Of a stretch of 64,000 nucleotides of DNA, positions 35,492 to 49,355 are shown one piece after another (positions within the stretch are counted from its first letter, which is position 1; each line of letters starts with the position of its first letter). Under the pieces are notes generated by a model. That model made no database searches. It saw nothing but the letters and a program-made list of their open reading frames with translations, and was not told the DNA's origin. This DNA comes from Paraspadella gotoi (Eukaryota; Animalia; Chaetognatha): assembly GCA_051294375.1 (NCBI GenBank), contig CM119267.1, positions 8,891,709-8,955,708 on the forward strand, given 5' to 3'. The position numbers and the translations under genes are program-made.

Positions 35492-38273
35492 CTCTCCTTC
35501 GGACCCGGCCGCAGTAACGCGGCGGCGAACCCGGGGGTCGGTGTGTCGTAAGGCCGAATTATCGTTATCCCCCGGTCGTAAGGAATGACCCTCCCCTACG
35601 TGGGGCCCGCGCGGCTCCGCACGGCCAGGCTCCGCGCCGGCCGCTAAAAACCCTTATTATTAACGCGTTTTCGAAACGATCCAAACAAAGTAGCCCACGT
35701 CGAATAACAAATAAAAATTTCCATGAAGGCGTTCGAGTTTTTAAAAACGATTTTTTTTTTATTTTGCCAGGCGGAAAAAAATATTTAAAAATAATTCCTT
35801 GCACGCATTTGTAGTAAACTAGTTTGCAAAATGTTTATAGGAGGTGAAACAGAGATAAAATTGAAAATATTTTCATAAAAAATTATTAGTAAACTCGTTT
35901 AAAATTCGATTGAGGCGCGCTTTTTTTATCAAACTTCAACTTGGATTTATTTTTAACTCGTTTAATTTATACTGTGGAAATTAAGTTTGACTCGAATTTC
36001 GCATTTATGAAATTAAAACCAAGCGCTGAACAAATTGAAAAAAAAAAAAACAAAAAATTTTTACACTCTTTTTAATTCTTAAAGGAGCACTTGATTAATT
36101 TGTCTCAGTTTTGCTTTAATGGCTGTTTTCTAGGTTGCTTTTTGCGATGCATATTTAAACAAACGCTTTTCTTTGGCCAGCGACGGACGAGGCACTGAAG
36201 ATAATGATAATCTCGTCGCACGAGGGCGCGAAAACCCGAGTACGAATTAACGAGAATAAGAAAACGGGACGACGATGAACGACGAGCGAGACGATAAAGT
36301 GCTCACCTTCGATTTAAAGTGTCGAGAAAAAAGTCCAATATGAGATCAAGTTGTCAGGAATCGGGAAAGGAGGATTACATGAGAAAATTCTGAAGAAGAA
36401 GAAATTAAATGAACTCTCTCTCTCTTCTCTCATCTCTCTCAATCCTCTCTCCTCTCTCTCTCTCTCTCCTCTCTCTCTCCTCTCTTGCAAGAACAAATGC
36501 TACATTCAGAAACTGACTGCTAAAGTAAAAGATGATGACGAAACTTGCCACAGAACCAAAACGGCCAGCCCAAGCACAACGCGAAGAACAACATTTATCT
36601 AATATCTTTATAATGTAAACAACTTTGTCCAAGTGATAGAGAGAGAGAGAGGAAGAGCGAGAGCGAGAGAGATTCCGCACGGGGAACGCACACATACAAT
36701 TTATTTACTCTCCTATTGAATCCTACTCGGCGAAAGGTCGAGACGTTTTTCCCAACAACGCATTTAGAAAAGTGTTTTTGCCGACGTAATAAATTTCTTT
36801 TGTGGTCTGTCTCAAAAGAGGGCCTTTATTTTCTTTTTTCACTATCAGGATCTCCATCCTTTTTCCTTGTCTTTTTTTTAAAACTTTTTTCTTTCTTCCT
36901 AATTTTTTCCCCCTTTTCAGTGTGCCAAGTTTCGGAATCCTGATTTAATTTAAAACTTTTCATTGTCTCACTATATCTTTCACTCTCCCTTCTTCTTTCT
37001 CATCCATCTTTCTCTCCGCTCACCCTCCTTCTTTCTCCCTCGCCTACTCCACATTCCCCTCCTCTCCCCTCATATCTTCACCTCATCTCCCCTCCCAACT
37101 CCCCTTCCATCCTCAACGCTCCTCGTTCCTAATGCGGCTTTAACAAGTGGTTTCTCACCAAAATTGCGCATTTTTCACAATTTGTCATTCTCGCTCCANN
37201 NNNNNNNNNNNNNNNNNNNNNNNTTTTTTCTTTCTCTCTTCCACCATCTCTCTCTCTCTCTTCTAACTTCACTCGATTCCTTTTAATTTCATTTAATGTC
37301 TCCTAATTTGGAAAAGACCCACGAACCGCAGGCGTCTTTATTTGCCAGGGGGTGCGGCTCGTGGGGGGGGAGGGGTGGGAGTGGGGGTTAAGTGGGTGAC
37401 GGCCTCGAGGGCGGGAGTGGGAGGCGAGTCTTAGCAGTTGCTCCGACGTCGAAATCAACTTGAAATAATCGAGTTTTTATGGCTCCGACTCACGTCTCCC
37501 TCTCGCTCTCTCTCCCCGGTCTCTCTCTCTCTTTTTCTCTCTTACCCACTCTCCCTGCCACAGCTCTTTCCTTCTCTCTCTCTTTTTCTCTCTCTCTCTC
37601 TCGATCTCTCTCCCCGTGAGAGATTGGAGCGAGAACTGAAAATTGTGAAAAAATGCAATTTGGTGAGAAACCACTTTTAAAGNNNNNNNNNNGAGTGGAG
37701 ATCCTGAGCATAAAAAAGAAAATAAAGGCCTCTTTTGAAGAAGAAAAAAAAAAGAAATTTATTACGTCGGCAAACACTTTTAAANNNNNNNNNNNNNNNN
37801 NNNNNNNNNNNNNNNNNNNNNNNNNNNNNNNNNNNNNNNNNNNNNNNNNNNNNNNNNNNNNNNNNNNNNNNNNNNNNNNNNNNNNNNNNNNNNNNNNNNN
37901 NNNNNNNNNNNNNNNNNNNNNNNNNNNNNNNNNNNNNNNNNNNNNNNNNNNNNNNNNNNNNNNNNNNNNNNNNNNNNNNNNNNNNNNNNNNNNNNNNNNN
38001 NGAAATAAAATTGTATGTGTGCGTTCCCCGTGTCGAGAATCTCTCTCGCTCTCGCTCTCTCTCTCTCTCTATCACTGACAAAAGTTGTNNNNNNNNNNNN
38101 NNNNNNNNNNNNNNNNNNNNNNNNNNNNNNNNNNNNNNNNNNNNNNNNNNNNNNNNNNNNNNNNNNNNNNNNNNNNNNNNNNNNNNNNNNNNNNNNNNNN
38201 NNNNNNNNNNNNNNNNNNNNNNNNNNNNNNNNNNNNNNNNNNNNNNNNNNNNNNNNNNNNNNNNNNNNNNNNN

Positions 38274-38309
<36 letters not shown>

Positions 38310-40803
38310 ATTTAAGCTTCTGTCTTCTCAGATTTTTGCTCCAGTAATCCTCCTTCCCGATGCCTGACAATTGATCTCATATTGGTTACTTTTTTCCGAC
38401 ACTTTAAATCAAGGTGAGCCTTTATCGTCTCCATCGTCGTCATCGTCGTCCGCTTTCTTATCATCGCTAATTCTACTCCGGTTTTCGCGCCCTCGTGCGA
38501 CGAGAATTATCATTATCTTCAGAGTGCCTCGTCCGTCGATGGCCAAAGAAGCGTTTGTGTTAAATATTGCATCAAAAAAGCAACAAAAACAGCATTAAAG
38601 CAATAACTGAGACGAAATTAATTCAATGCCTCCTTTAAGAATTAAAAGGAGTTAATTTTTTTTTTTTTTTTTTTCAATTTGTTTCAGCGCTTGTTTTTAA
38701 TTTCATAAGCGAATTCGAGTCTAAACTTAATTTCCACAGTATAAATTAAACGAGTTAAAAAATAAATCCAAGTTGAAGTTGATTAAAAAACGCGCGCCTC
38801 AATCGAATTAAACGATTTACTAAATTATTTTTTATGAAAATATTTTCAATTTTCATCTCTGTTTTACCTATAAACAACTTTGCAAAATAGTTTACTTACA
38901 AAATTGCGTGCAATGAATTTTTTTTTAAATATTTTTTCCGCCGGCAAAATAAAAAAAAATCGTTTTTAAAAAACTCGAACGCCCTTCAGGGAAATTTTTA
39001 TTTGTATTCGACGTGGGGCTACTTTGTTTGGGATCGTTTCGAAACGACGTTAATAAAAGGGTTTTTAGCGGCCGGGGCGGNNNNNNNNNNNNNNNNNNNN
39101 NNNNNNNNNNNNNNNNNNNNNNNNNNNNNNNNNNNNNNNNNNNNNNNNNNNNNNNNNNNNNNNNNNNNNNNNNNNNNNNNNNNNNNNNNNNNNNNNNNNN
39201 NNNNNNNNNNNNNNNNNNNNNNNNNNNNNNNNNNNNNNNNNNNNNNNNNNNNNNNNNNNNNNNNNNNNNNNNNNNNNNNNNNNNNNNNNNNNNNNNNNNN
39301 NNNNNNNNNNNNNNNNNNNNNNNNNNNNNNNNNNNNNNNNNNNNNNNNNNNNNNNNNNNNNNNNNNCTTCGAAATTCGCATAGCAGTGAGAAAATTAAAT
39401 TTTTAGCGAATTTTCGCGTCGGCCGACAAAAAAGTGCAAAAATGCAGCTAGAGGCGAATCGTGAACGAGAGATAGTGAGAGAGAGAAAGAGAGAGAGAGT
39501 GAGTGAGAGGCAGAATGATAGAGAAATAAATGTTATTGCTAATCTGGGTCTCTCCTTCTCTTGCTTCTTAGTTTAGCGCCTTTTTACATAAGAAGTAATG
39601 GAGTCCCCGGTAATTAGCAAAAAACAAAGGGACCAAAAAAAAAATTGACGTTTTCAAATTCAGGAACTAATTACTAATTTAGGAAGTAATTACCTGAGCC
39701 TCGTTTCGTCTCTGAGTTCTGTATTTCACGGTTTTTTTGTTTTTTTTTTTCTTTCTTCTTTCTTTTCATTTTCGTTTTTTGCCTTTTCTTTTTTTTTAAT
39801 CTTTTCAATTTTCGTAGACATTTATTTTCGACTCATGCAGATGTTTATCAATCTCTGTCTTATTTTGTTTCCAAATCTATTTTCATCTTTCTAATTCTAT
39901 CTTTGCATCGATTGTCTTTTGTCGACTATCTCCATTGTTACGGCCCGAAAAACGTGATTAATGCCCTTTTTCTTTCCGACTGAGACAACGAAAACAAAGA
40001 AACAATACAATACGTCCACAATTTTTACTTCTTCCTCTTCAGTTTTTATTTCAAAACTCCAAACGAAATACTACCCTCTTTTNNNNNNNNNNNNNNNNNN
40101 NNNNNNNNNNNNNNNNNNNNNNNNNNNNNNNNNNNNNNNNNNNNNNNNNNNNNNNNNNNNNNNNNNNNNNNNNNNNNNNNNNNNNNNNNNNNNNNNNNNN
40201 NNNNNNNNNNNNNNNNNNNNNNNNNNNNNNNNNNNNNNNNNNNNNNNNNNNNNNNNNNNNNNNNNNNNNNNNNNNNNNNNNNNNNNNNNNNNNNNNNNNN
40301 NNNNNNNNNNNNNNNNNNNNNNNNNNNNNNNNNNNNNNNNNNNNNNNNNNNNNNNNNNNNNNNNNNNNNNNNNNNNNNNNNNNNNNNNNNNNNNNNNNNN
40401 NNNNNNNNNNNNNNNNNNNNNNNNNNNNNNNNNNNNNNNNNNNNNNNNNNNNNNNNNNNNNNNNNNNNNNNNNNNNNNNNNNNNNNNNNNNNNNNNNNNN
40501 NNNNNNNNNNNNNNNNNNNNNNNNNNNNNNNNNNNNNNNNNNNNNNNNNNNNNNNNNNNNNNNNNNNNNNNNNNNNNNNNNNNNNNNNNNNNNNNNNNNN
40601 NNNNNNNNNNNNNNNNNNNNNNNNNNNNNNNNNNNNACGACGACGACGAGGACCGATGGTTGCCTTTGATAAACTCTCGATCTCCGATTATCCGCTTCGC
40701 TTTTGTGTTTCTCTTTCTCTCTTTTGGCGAGCTTCTCTTTCTCCTCCTTTCTTTTATTTTCTTTTCTCTCTACTTTTCATTATTACCTCCCTGTTCCTTT
40801 CTT

Positions 40804-40840
<37 letters not shown>
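33845..40840. repeat. Large inverted duplication, arms ~33845-37197 and ~37624-40840, 25-N gap in the centre
   Basis: 38274-39080 is the reverse complement of ~35630-36480, 39367-40082 of ~34680-35390, and 40638-40840 of ~33845-34090. Confidence 0.92.
34388..34702. repeat. ~27-bp minisatellite (AAAAGAAAATGAGGGTAGTAATTTCGT)n
   Basis: About 10 imperfect units. The corresponding part of the inverted arm is mostly the N gap at 40083-40637. Confidence 0.9.
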
Positions 40841-40845
<5 letters not shown>

Positions 40846-40859
40846 GTCGGTGATCGAAA

Positions 40860-42322
40860 GACCGTGAAGCCGAGATTAGATCGTGAGGCCGATTGTGAAG
40901 AACCGACAACGATAAATCCGACGACGATGATGATGATGATGATGATGACGATCACAATCGGACCCAAGGCTCACAAATTCTTTGGGTTGTCGTGGAGTGA
41001 AAGACGATTGGACCCCGATTTTGGTTTTAATTCTGCCTCAATCTTTAAAATCTTTAGGCTTTTTAATTTAGGTGACAACCGCGAATGAACAGTCGAATTT
41101 TACGTTTTAGTCGGGAAACATTAAGTAGGAAGTAATAAGTATTTTGTTGATATTTTTATATTCTTAAATATTTTTAGAACTGATTAGTGGTTATTTCGAA
41201 TTCAAAATATTTTTTTAAGCTACGAAAAAATACCGTTTCAACTCTCTTTGGTTCCATCTACGCGAACCTTTATAACCAACTGACACATAAATATTTCCGG
41301 CCCAACGGTTCCTAAAAGAGTAATACAATTCGCCTTCTCGGTAAATGACGTCATGATTTTCCACCTATAAACGGCTAAAGGTTAAATACGTATTCTCGAA
41401 CTCATCTGGCGCCGACAACAAAAGTTCGAGGACCGAAATAAGAAATCGAATCTCCGGATTTAATCGAGTCAAGAAAATCAATCGAATTCGTCGCCATTTT
41501 ATTTCTCTTTTCGATTCGATATTCGGATTTAATTTCTCGATCGAGATCGAGACAGACGCGATTGACCAATAGATGACTGACTCTTCGAGCGGTTCCATCA
41601 CGACCGCCAAAATCTCTCTCTATTTTTTTTTTTAGTTGCGCCGCGAGTACTCGCGGAGCAACTCTATAAGTCACTTTTCGGTCGGTCGGTCGATCGGTAT
41701 GTCTGTCCGTCTGTCTGTCCCACTTACATTAAAAACGCTTATAACTTGCTTATAGTTTGTGGATCATTTGTTAAAAATCGATCTAAGCGACTACTGGCGC
41801 CGCCTTTTGTTTTTAAAGAAATCTTATAAACTATAAAGAATAAATAATATGATAAGTAAAAAGAAAAGTAATGCGGAGCAACACCTTGGAATAACCGTTC
41901 CTTGTTTTTGGCTAATCAACTATTAAAGTCTTATAATTAAAAAAGTTGACTACTTTTTTTTGCGCCGCAGTGTAGTCGGATGCCAATTTGTCGCTCTGAT
42001 ACTTATTCTTATTGTTTTAGTGCGATAAAAATGTCACATATCCGAGCTCTTAAAATCACATTTAAAATCAAACCTTTCTTCTTTGTGCTATTTTCCGAGA
42101 CGACTCTTCGCCGATATCTCGCGACTCTTCTCACAAGTTCACTCATTGATAGAAATAAATCTCTATCGTTTTTTCTTTCACGATCTCGTTCACTCGCGTC
42201 ATTCACCCCTTCACCAGTCACCAACACCCCCCGTCTTGGGCTCACCATTTCACCGCTGCCTCTCCAGTCACTCGTTTCCGGCCCACGTCAACTCGTTTTC
42301 CACTCGACGAAAGACCAACTCT

Positions 42323-42353
<31 letters not shown>

Positions 42354-42762
42354 GTCCTCTCCTCTCTCTCTACTCCTCTCTTACTCTCTCTTCTCCTACT
42401 CTCTCCTCTCTCTATACATCCTCTCCCTCTCTTCGTCTCTCTTTTCAAAACAATCGTAGCCTCTGACTCGCCACGCCACAAACTGTGATCCTTCCCCGTC
42501 TCCATTTCGATTCTCAACTTTTTTTGTTCCTCATCCCCTCTCTTTTTCTCTCTCTCCACGTTCATCCCCTTCAATCCTTTCCTTCCCCCCTTTTCTTCCC
42601 CCCCTCTTCATCCATCTCTCCTCCATTTTCCCCTCCTTCCTCCTCCGTCCATCCTCCTCTTTGGCCCACCCTTCGATCCTCTAAACGGTGTGACTGCTAT
42701 GATCGCGAAATGTCTGATTCTCTCTTCTTCTGTCTTCTCTTGTATCTCTCCTTCTCTCTCTA

Positions 42763-42797
<35 letters not shown>

Positions 42798-44552
42798 CTT
42801 CTCTCCTCTCTCTCTCTCTCACGCTCCCGACGGCGGCGCGTCCACGAAAATCGCGAGCCGTACGTGATGTGTGCCAATAGGCTTTAGAAGCACGACCTGA
42901 CGAAGACGACAGACCTTGGGATATCCCCGGGCACCGCGCGCGCTGACTCAGGCGGAAAAGAGAAGAGAGAGAGAGCAGAGAGAAAGAGAGAGATTAAGAG
43001 AGAGGAGGAGAGAGGAAAGAGAGAGAAGATGACAGAGAGGAGAGGAGTGGAGAGAGGAGAGAGATGAGAGAGAGAGAGAGAGAGAATTGGACGGGTGAGA
43101 GCGAAAAAATGGGCAATTAACGGAGTGATGGGAATAATGTCTCCCAGCCTCGCCTCGCTTCCTCCTCCCCCTTCTTCTTCCCAACGGCTGCTTTCAGTAA
43201 TCTTCGTTACCCGTAATTAACCTCATAACCGTCTCAGGCGCGTTTCGGCATCGCAGCGTACCACGTTACGCCACTTGCGTCCACTGCACGATGCGTAAAC
43301 GTTGACGTTCACAACCTGAAAGACATCCAACGTTTGCAGAGAAAATTTGCCGTTGCATTTTTAACCTTTTGATGGCGATTTATTGTATTTTTTTCTTTGT
43401 GTTCATACTCATAGCGAGTCTACATATTTAATATAATACGATTTATAAGTGATTATTTGTTTGACTTTGAATGAAAGACTGTCATTCCTTGAATTCAAAT
43501 TATTTTTTTTTTTTTTNNNNNNNNNNNNNNNNNNNNNNNNNAAATGCACTCGCGAATGCTTCTCAAAGCGCTCTTCTGGGAGAAGAGAGAGAAGGAAAGA
43601 GAAAGATGAGAGCGAGAGAGGAGCAGGAGAGAGAGGTAGAGAGAGAGAGAGGAGAAGAGACGGATGGGTCTGTCAACCGTGGAAGTCTTTGTTGCGTATC
43701 CATAGAAATGGAAAACTGCTTCAGACAACTCGCGTTTAAAACAAAAATTAAAAGCGCGGAAAAAAAAAAAAAAAAATTGAATTCAAGGAATGACAGTCTT
43801 TCATTCAAAGTCAAACAAATAATCACTTATAAATCGTATTAGTATTAATATGTAGACTTCGCTATGAGTATGAACACAAAGAAAAAAATACAATAAATCG
43901 CCTACAAAGGTTAAAAATGCAAACGGCAAATTTTTCTCTGCAAACGTTGGATGTCTTTCAGGTTGTGAACGTCCAACTTTACGCATCGTGCAGTGGACGC
44001 AAGTGGCGTAACGTGGTACGCTGAGACGATGCCGAAACGCGCTCTGAGAACGGTTATGAGGTTAATTTACGGGGTTACACCGAAAGATTACTGAAGGGCA
44101 GCCGTTGGGAAGAGAGAAGGGGGAGGAGGAAGCGAGGCGAGGCTGGGAGACATTATTCCCATCACTTCCGTTAATTGCCCATTCCCTCTCACAAGCGTCC
44201 AATTCTCTCTCTCCTCTTACTCTCTCCTCTCTCCTCCGTCATCTTTTCCCTCCCGTCTCTCTTATCTACTCGCTTCCTCGTCTTCGTCGTCTTCTGTCTG
44301 CTACTCTCACTTTCCCACGCGTCGAGTCGCTGCGGCGGTGCCGTGTGAGTGTTTGTGTAGATTGTTTCGTGGCTGTGGGTGTTCATTATTCGGTTCTTGC
44401 TTCTCCCGTCTTTTCTGTCCCCTTTCGCTGCAGCGCCGGTCGTGCCGGGATCCCAAGTGCGTTGTAGTGTGCAAGCCTATGGCACACATCACGTACGCTC
44501 GCGATTTTCGTGGACGCGCGCCGTCGGGACGTGAGAGAGAGAGAGAGAGAGA

Positions 44553-44610
<58 letters not shown>

Positions 44611-46540
44611 TACAAGAGAAGAGAAGAAGAGAGAATCAGACATTTCGCGTAGTGCATCACACCGTTTAGAGGATGAAGGGTGGGCCAAAGAGGAGGATGG
44701 ACGGAGGAGGAGGAGGGGAAAATGGAGGAGAGATGGATGAAGGGAGGGGGAAGAAAGGGGACGGAAGGAAAGGATTAAGGGGATGAACGTGAGAGAGAGA
44801 AGAAAGGGAGGGGAGAGGGAAACAAAAAAAGTCTGAGAAATCGGAAATGGAGACGGGAAGATCACAGGGTTTGTGGGCGTGGCGAGTGCAGAGGCTACGA
44901 TTGTTTTGAAAAGAGGAGACGAAGAGAGAAGTATGGAGTAGAGAGAGCAGAGATGAGAGAAGAGAGAGTAGAGAGAGAGAGAGAGAGCAGAGGTAGAGGA
45001 GAGGAGAGAGAGATGTGAGGAGAGCTTGGTCTTGTTCGTTCGAGTGGAGAAACGAGTTGACGTGGGCCGGTAACGAGTGACTGGAGAGGCAGCGGTGAAA
45101 TGGTGAGCCCAAAGACGGGGGGTGTTTGGTGACCTGGTGAAGGGTGAATGACCGCGAAGTTTAGACGAGATCGTGAAAGAAAAACGATATAGAGATTTTT
45201 TTCTAATCAAATGAGTGAACTGTGAGAAGAGATCGCGAGAATATCGGCGAGAGTCGTCCTCGGAAATAGACAAAGAAGAAAGGTTTGATTTTAAATGTGA
45301 TTTATAGAGCTGATATGTGATATTTTTATCGCGACTACAATAGAATAGTACAGAGCGAAAACTTGGCATCAGCGACTACAACTGCGGCGCAAAAAAAAGT
45401 AAGTCAACTTTTTTTAATTATAAGACTTAATAGTTGATTGCACAAAACAAGGAACGGTTATTCCAAGTGTGTTTGCTCCGGCATTACTTTTCTTTTTTAC
45501 ATTATCATTATTTATTCTTATAAGTTTATAAGATTTCTTTAAAAACCAAAGGCGGCGCCATTGTTAGTCGCTTAGATCGATTTTTAACAAATGATCCACA
45601 AACTATAAGCAAAGTTATAAGCGTTTTTTTAATGGTAAGTGGGAACAGACAGACGGACAGACCATACCGATCGACAACCGACCGACCGGAAAAGTGATCT
45701 TTATAGAGTTGCTCCGCGAGTACCGCGCGCAACTAAAAAAAAATAATAGAGAGAGATTTTGGCCGGTCGTGTGGGAAACCGGCTCGAAGGTCAGTCATCT
45801 ATTGGTCAAATCGCGTCTGGTCTCGATCTCGTCGAGAAATTAAATCCAATATCGATCGAAAAGAGAAAATAAAATGGCCGACGAATTCGATTGATTTTCT
45901 TGACTCGATTAAATCCGGAGATTCGATTTTCTTATTTTTCGGCCTTCGAACTTTTGTTGTCGGCGCCAGATGAGTTCGAGAATACGTATTTTAACGACTT
46001 TAGGCCGTTTATTAGAGTGGAAAATCATGATCGTCATTTACCGGAAAGGCGAATTGTATTATGCTTTTAAGGAACTCGTTGGGGCGGACATATTTATGTG
46101 TCCATTGGTTATAAGGTTCGCAGTAGATGGAACCAAAGAAGAGTTGAAACGGTATTTTTTCGGTAGCTTAAAAAAAATATTTTGAAATTCGGAAATAACC
46201 ACTAAATCAGTTCTAAAAATATTTACAGAATAATAAAATATAACAAAATAACTCTATTACTTCTACTGTAATGTTTCCGACAAAACGTAAAATTCGAAGA
46301 CTGTTTCATGTCGCGGTTGTACCCTAAATTAAAGCCTAAAAGATTTTAAAGATTGAGGCAGAATTAAAAACAGCAAAATCGGGTCGCAATCGTCTTTCCA
46401 CTCCCACGACAACCCAAAGATTTGTGAGCCTTGGGTCCGATTGTGATCGTCAATGATCATCATCATCATCATCGTCGTCGATTTATCCGTGTCGGTTCTT
46501 TCACAATGCCGGCCTCACGATCTAACTCTCGGCCTTCACG
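40860..46540. repeat. Inverted duplication, arms 40860-43516 and 43760-46540, 25-N gap in the centre
   Basis: Colinear reverse-complement match with dense indels. The 43542-43835 segment recurs as a direct copy at 50966-51258. Confidence 0.93.
41234..41497 (-). CDS. Candidate 5' coding exons with a 25-nt intron (inverted copy at 45874-46151, + strand)
   Basis: AAAATGGCG start context and GTATTT...TTTATAG intron (41365-41389). Consensus MATNSIDFLDSIKSGDSI..LELLLSAPDEFENT|WKIMTSFTEKANCITLLGTVGPEIFMCQLVIKVRVDGTKEELKR requires indel corrections. Confidence 0.3.
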
Positions 46541-47988
46541 GGACGGCCCCGAGATTTCCCCGTTGGACCCGCGTTGCCCCCGGGGGATTAAAGGGGAATT
46601 TGCGGGGGATTTTACGGGGTCGCGGTGATGGACTGGAGGCTGTGGAGTCTCCCCCGGGGGGGGGAGGAGGGCGAATGGGGTGGAAGCGAAACGCGCCTCG
46701 TTACGAAACGAAGTAAAGAATACAACGAACCCGGGCCGGGCTGGGTTGGGATCGACCAACTTTTTCCCCGTCGTTTGGGCGAGAATTTCGCCGTCTGGGA
46801 CTTCGCCTTTTTGACGAATTTTTAAAGAAAAAACTCGAAATGAGTTTTTAAAAAAAGGAAAAAAACTTCTCCCATCGCGTAAACGAGTCAATTTCGGAAT
46901 CCTGGGGGGAAAAAAAAGGCTTCCCGAACCCCGACTGAGAATGAAACCGTTGACCCGATAACAGTTTTTACGAGTCGCGTAAAGTGCAAAGCGGACGACG
47001 ACACGGCGACAAATTTTGAGTTGGCGGTTTACTCTATCGATCGCTGTCCTCAATTCGATCGATTTATCTATTGATAAATCAAAATAGTAAGTTATATGTA
47101 CATGGTTTTGTGTACATTCAATTTTGCAACCAAAAAAAAATCATCGAAGTGAAATAAATGCAATCAAATAATTTCTCTCTCTCACTTGGATCACTTGTTC
47201 GCATATCGTGAGATGGTGTTAATGTTTCGATTTGGCGTGGTGGTGAGTGCAAGTACATCGGATCAATTTATTTAGATTTTGTTAAGACTTTGTTTATTTG
47301 TTAAAGAGTATCTAGCATCCATCAAAGACGCGTGAAAGAGTGCTTACCAACTAATAGTTTCATATTTTTCTATGAAAACGTCCCTTCGGCAAACTCATTT
47401 TATTGCTTTCTAAACGATTGACAAATAGAAACAAATTACAAGCGAACCTTGAAACAAACGCGACCCGCTTCCTTTTATTTCTTTTTTTTTTTTTTTTCAA
47501 AGTCGGAGCCATCTCTTCCTCGTTCCTTCTTTGCGGAAGCAGCTTTTAAATAAATGGGAGGTGGCAGAACCCCGAGGGGTGGCGAAGCTAAACACCCTCC
47601 GGGTAGAAAAAAAGGAAGGGAAAAAAAAAGAGAGGAAATAAAAATTTAATATTTGCCTTGTCGACGTTAATTCCTTGTTTACTTTTCCCAAANNNNNNNN
47701 NNATTAAATCTCCCGCCGGCTCGAGACCCGCCTGGCCGAGCTGGAAACGCCCGCCTCTCTGTACGGTCGGGATGACGACGGGGCGACGCCGTAATCCCGC
47801 GTTATTTCGAAGTTGTCGTTTTCGTCGTCGTCGTCGTCGTCGTTCTCCGATCCAGGAATTGTCGAGAGTCCCGAAATCGCTCGTCCCGGAAACGGGAGAA
47901 GTGGGGGATAGGAGATTTTAAAATGTCGACTAATCGCGGGTCCGCTTGACCGACGTCTCCGTGACAACCGAAATAGCTTCGTGGTCTC

Positions 47989-48062
<74 letters not shown>

Positions 48063-48227
48063 AGTGGTGGCCAAGGTGAGAGAGAGTTAGCAAATGAAAG
48101 GAAAGAATGAAAATCGGGTGAGGACCAATTCCGTGGGAAGTGAGTGATTGGCAGAAGGATCAGCTCTTGACGTCCGGGTTTTAAAGCGATTTTCATTTAT
48201 ACATCACGCATTTATTGATTATGACAG

Positions 48228-48370
48228 GTTCTTATGAGCCTGATAAAGATTGTTACGCGGTCTGTCAGTGTCCTTATTTGGTTAATGAAAGGGTTCACGG
48301 ACTAGAAGCGGTAATGAGAAACAAATATTGGCGAAGCGGCGACGAAATCTACTTAAATCTAGCGAATAGG
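48228..48370 (+). CDS. Candidate coding exon, unknown product
   Basis: ACAG acceptor at 48227 followed by [48 protein letters not shown]. No in-phase partner exon was established. Confidence 0.22.
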
Positions 48371-48445
48371 ATGGATGGATGGATGGATGGATGGATGAGA
48401 TGGGATGGATTGAATGGTATGGACGGATGGAGGATGGATCGGACG
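48369..48445. repeat. (GGAT)n microsatellite; (CCAT)n counterpart at ~48856-48988
   Basis: Direct inspection. Confidence 0.93.
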
Positions 48446-48528
48446 GACGTATCCGGGGAGTCCGGGTCGAACGACGGCGCCTGACTTTGGGTGAGGTTGT
48501 CGGAAGGTCGCGGCGACGACGGAGCCGG

Positions 48529-48559
<31 letters not shown>

Positions 48560-48909
48560 NNNNNNNNNNNNNNNNNNNNNNNNNTCAAAAGAATAATATT
48601 GGGTCCCTTTCTCTCTCTCTCTCCTCTCTCTCTCTCCTCTCTTCCTCTCTTCTTTCTCCTCTTCCCCCAAAAAAGGTCAAACAACGACTTACCGCCAAGG
48701 AGGGGGAGTGAAACCTTTTCCCCAAAGCGACGACGACGACGACGAACGACGACGATGACGCCGGCTCCGTCGTCGCCGCGACCTTCCGACAACCTCACCC
48801 AAAGTCAGGCGCCGTCGTTCGACGCCGGACTCCCCGGATACGTCCGTCCGTCCGCCCATCCATCCATCCATCCATCCATCCGTCATCCATACATACTCCA
48901 TCCATCCAT

Positions 48910-48943
<34 letters not shown>

Positions 48944-49300
48944 TCATCCTACTTCATCCTCCATCCATCTCCATCCATCCATCCATCCTATTCGCTAGAT
49001 TTAAGTAGATTTGTCGCCGCTTCGCCAATATTTGTTTCTCATTACCGCTTCTAGTCCGTGAACCCTTTCATTAACCAAATAAGGACACTGACAGACCGCG
49101 TAACAATCTTTATCAGGCTCATAAGAACCTGTCATAATCAATAAATGCGTGATGTATAAATGAAAATCGCTTTAAAACCCGGACGTCAAGAGCTGATCCT
49201 TCTGCCAATCACTCACTTCCCACGGAATTGGTCCTCACCGATTTTCATTCTTTCTTTCATTCACTAACTCTCTTCTCACCTTTGGCCACCACTGAGAGAA

Positions 49301-49355
<55 letters not shown>

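Noticed and set aside
44701-44722. ACGGAGGAGGAGGA similar to the PacBio adapter
   Set aside because: It has a reverse-complement genomic counterpart at ~42627-42649 and lacks the AACAACAAC and GAGAGAGAT parts.
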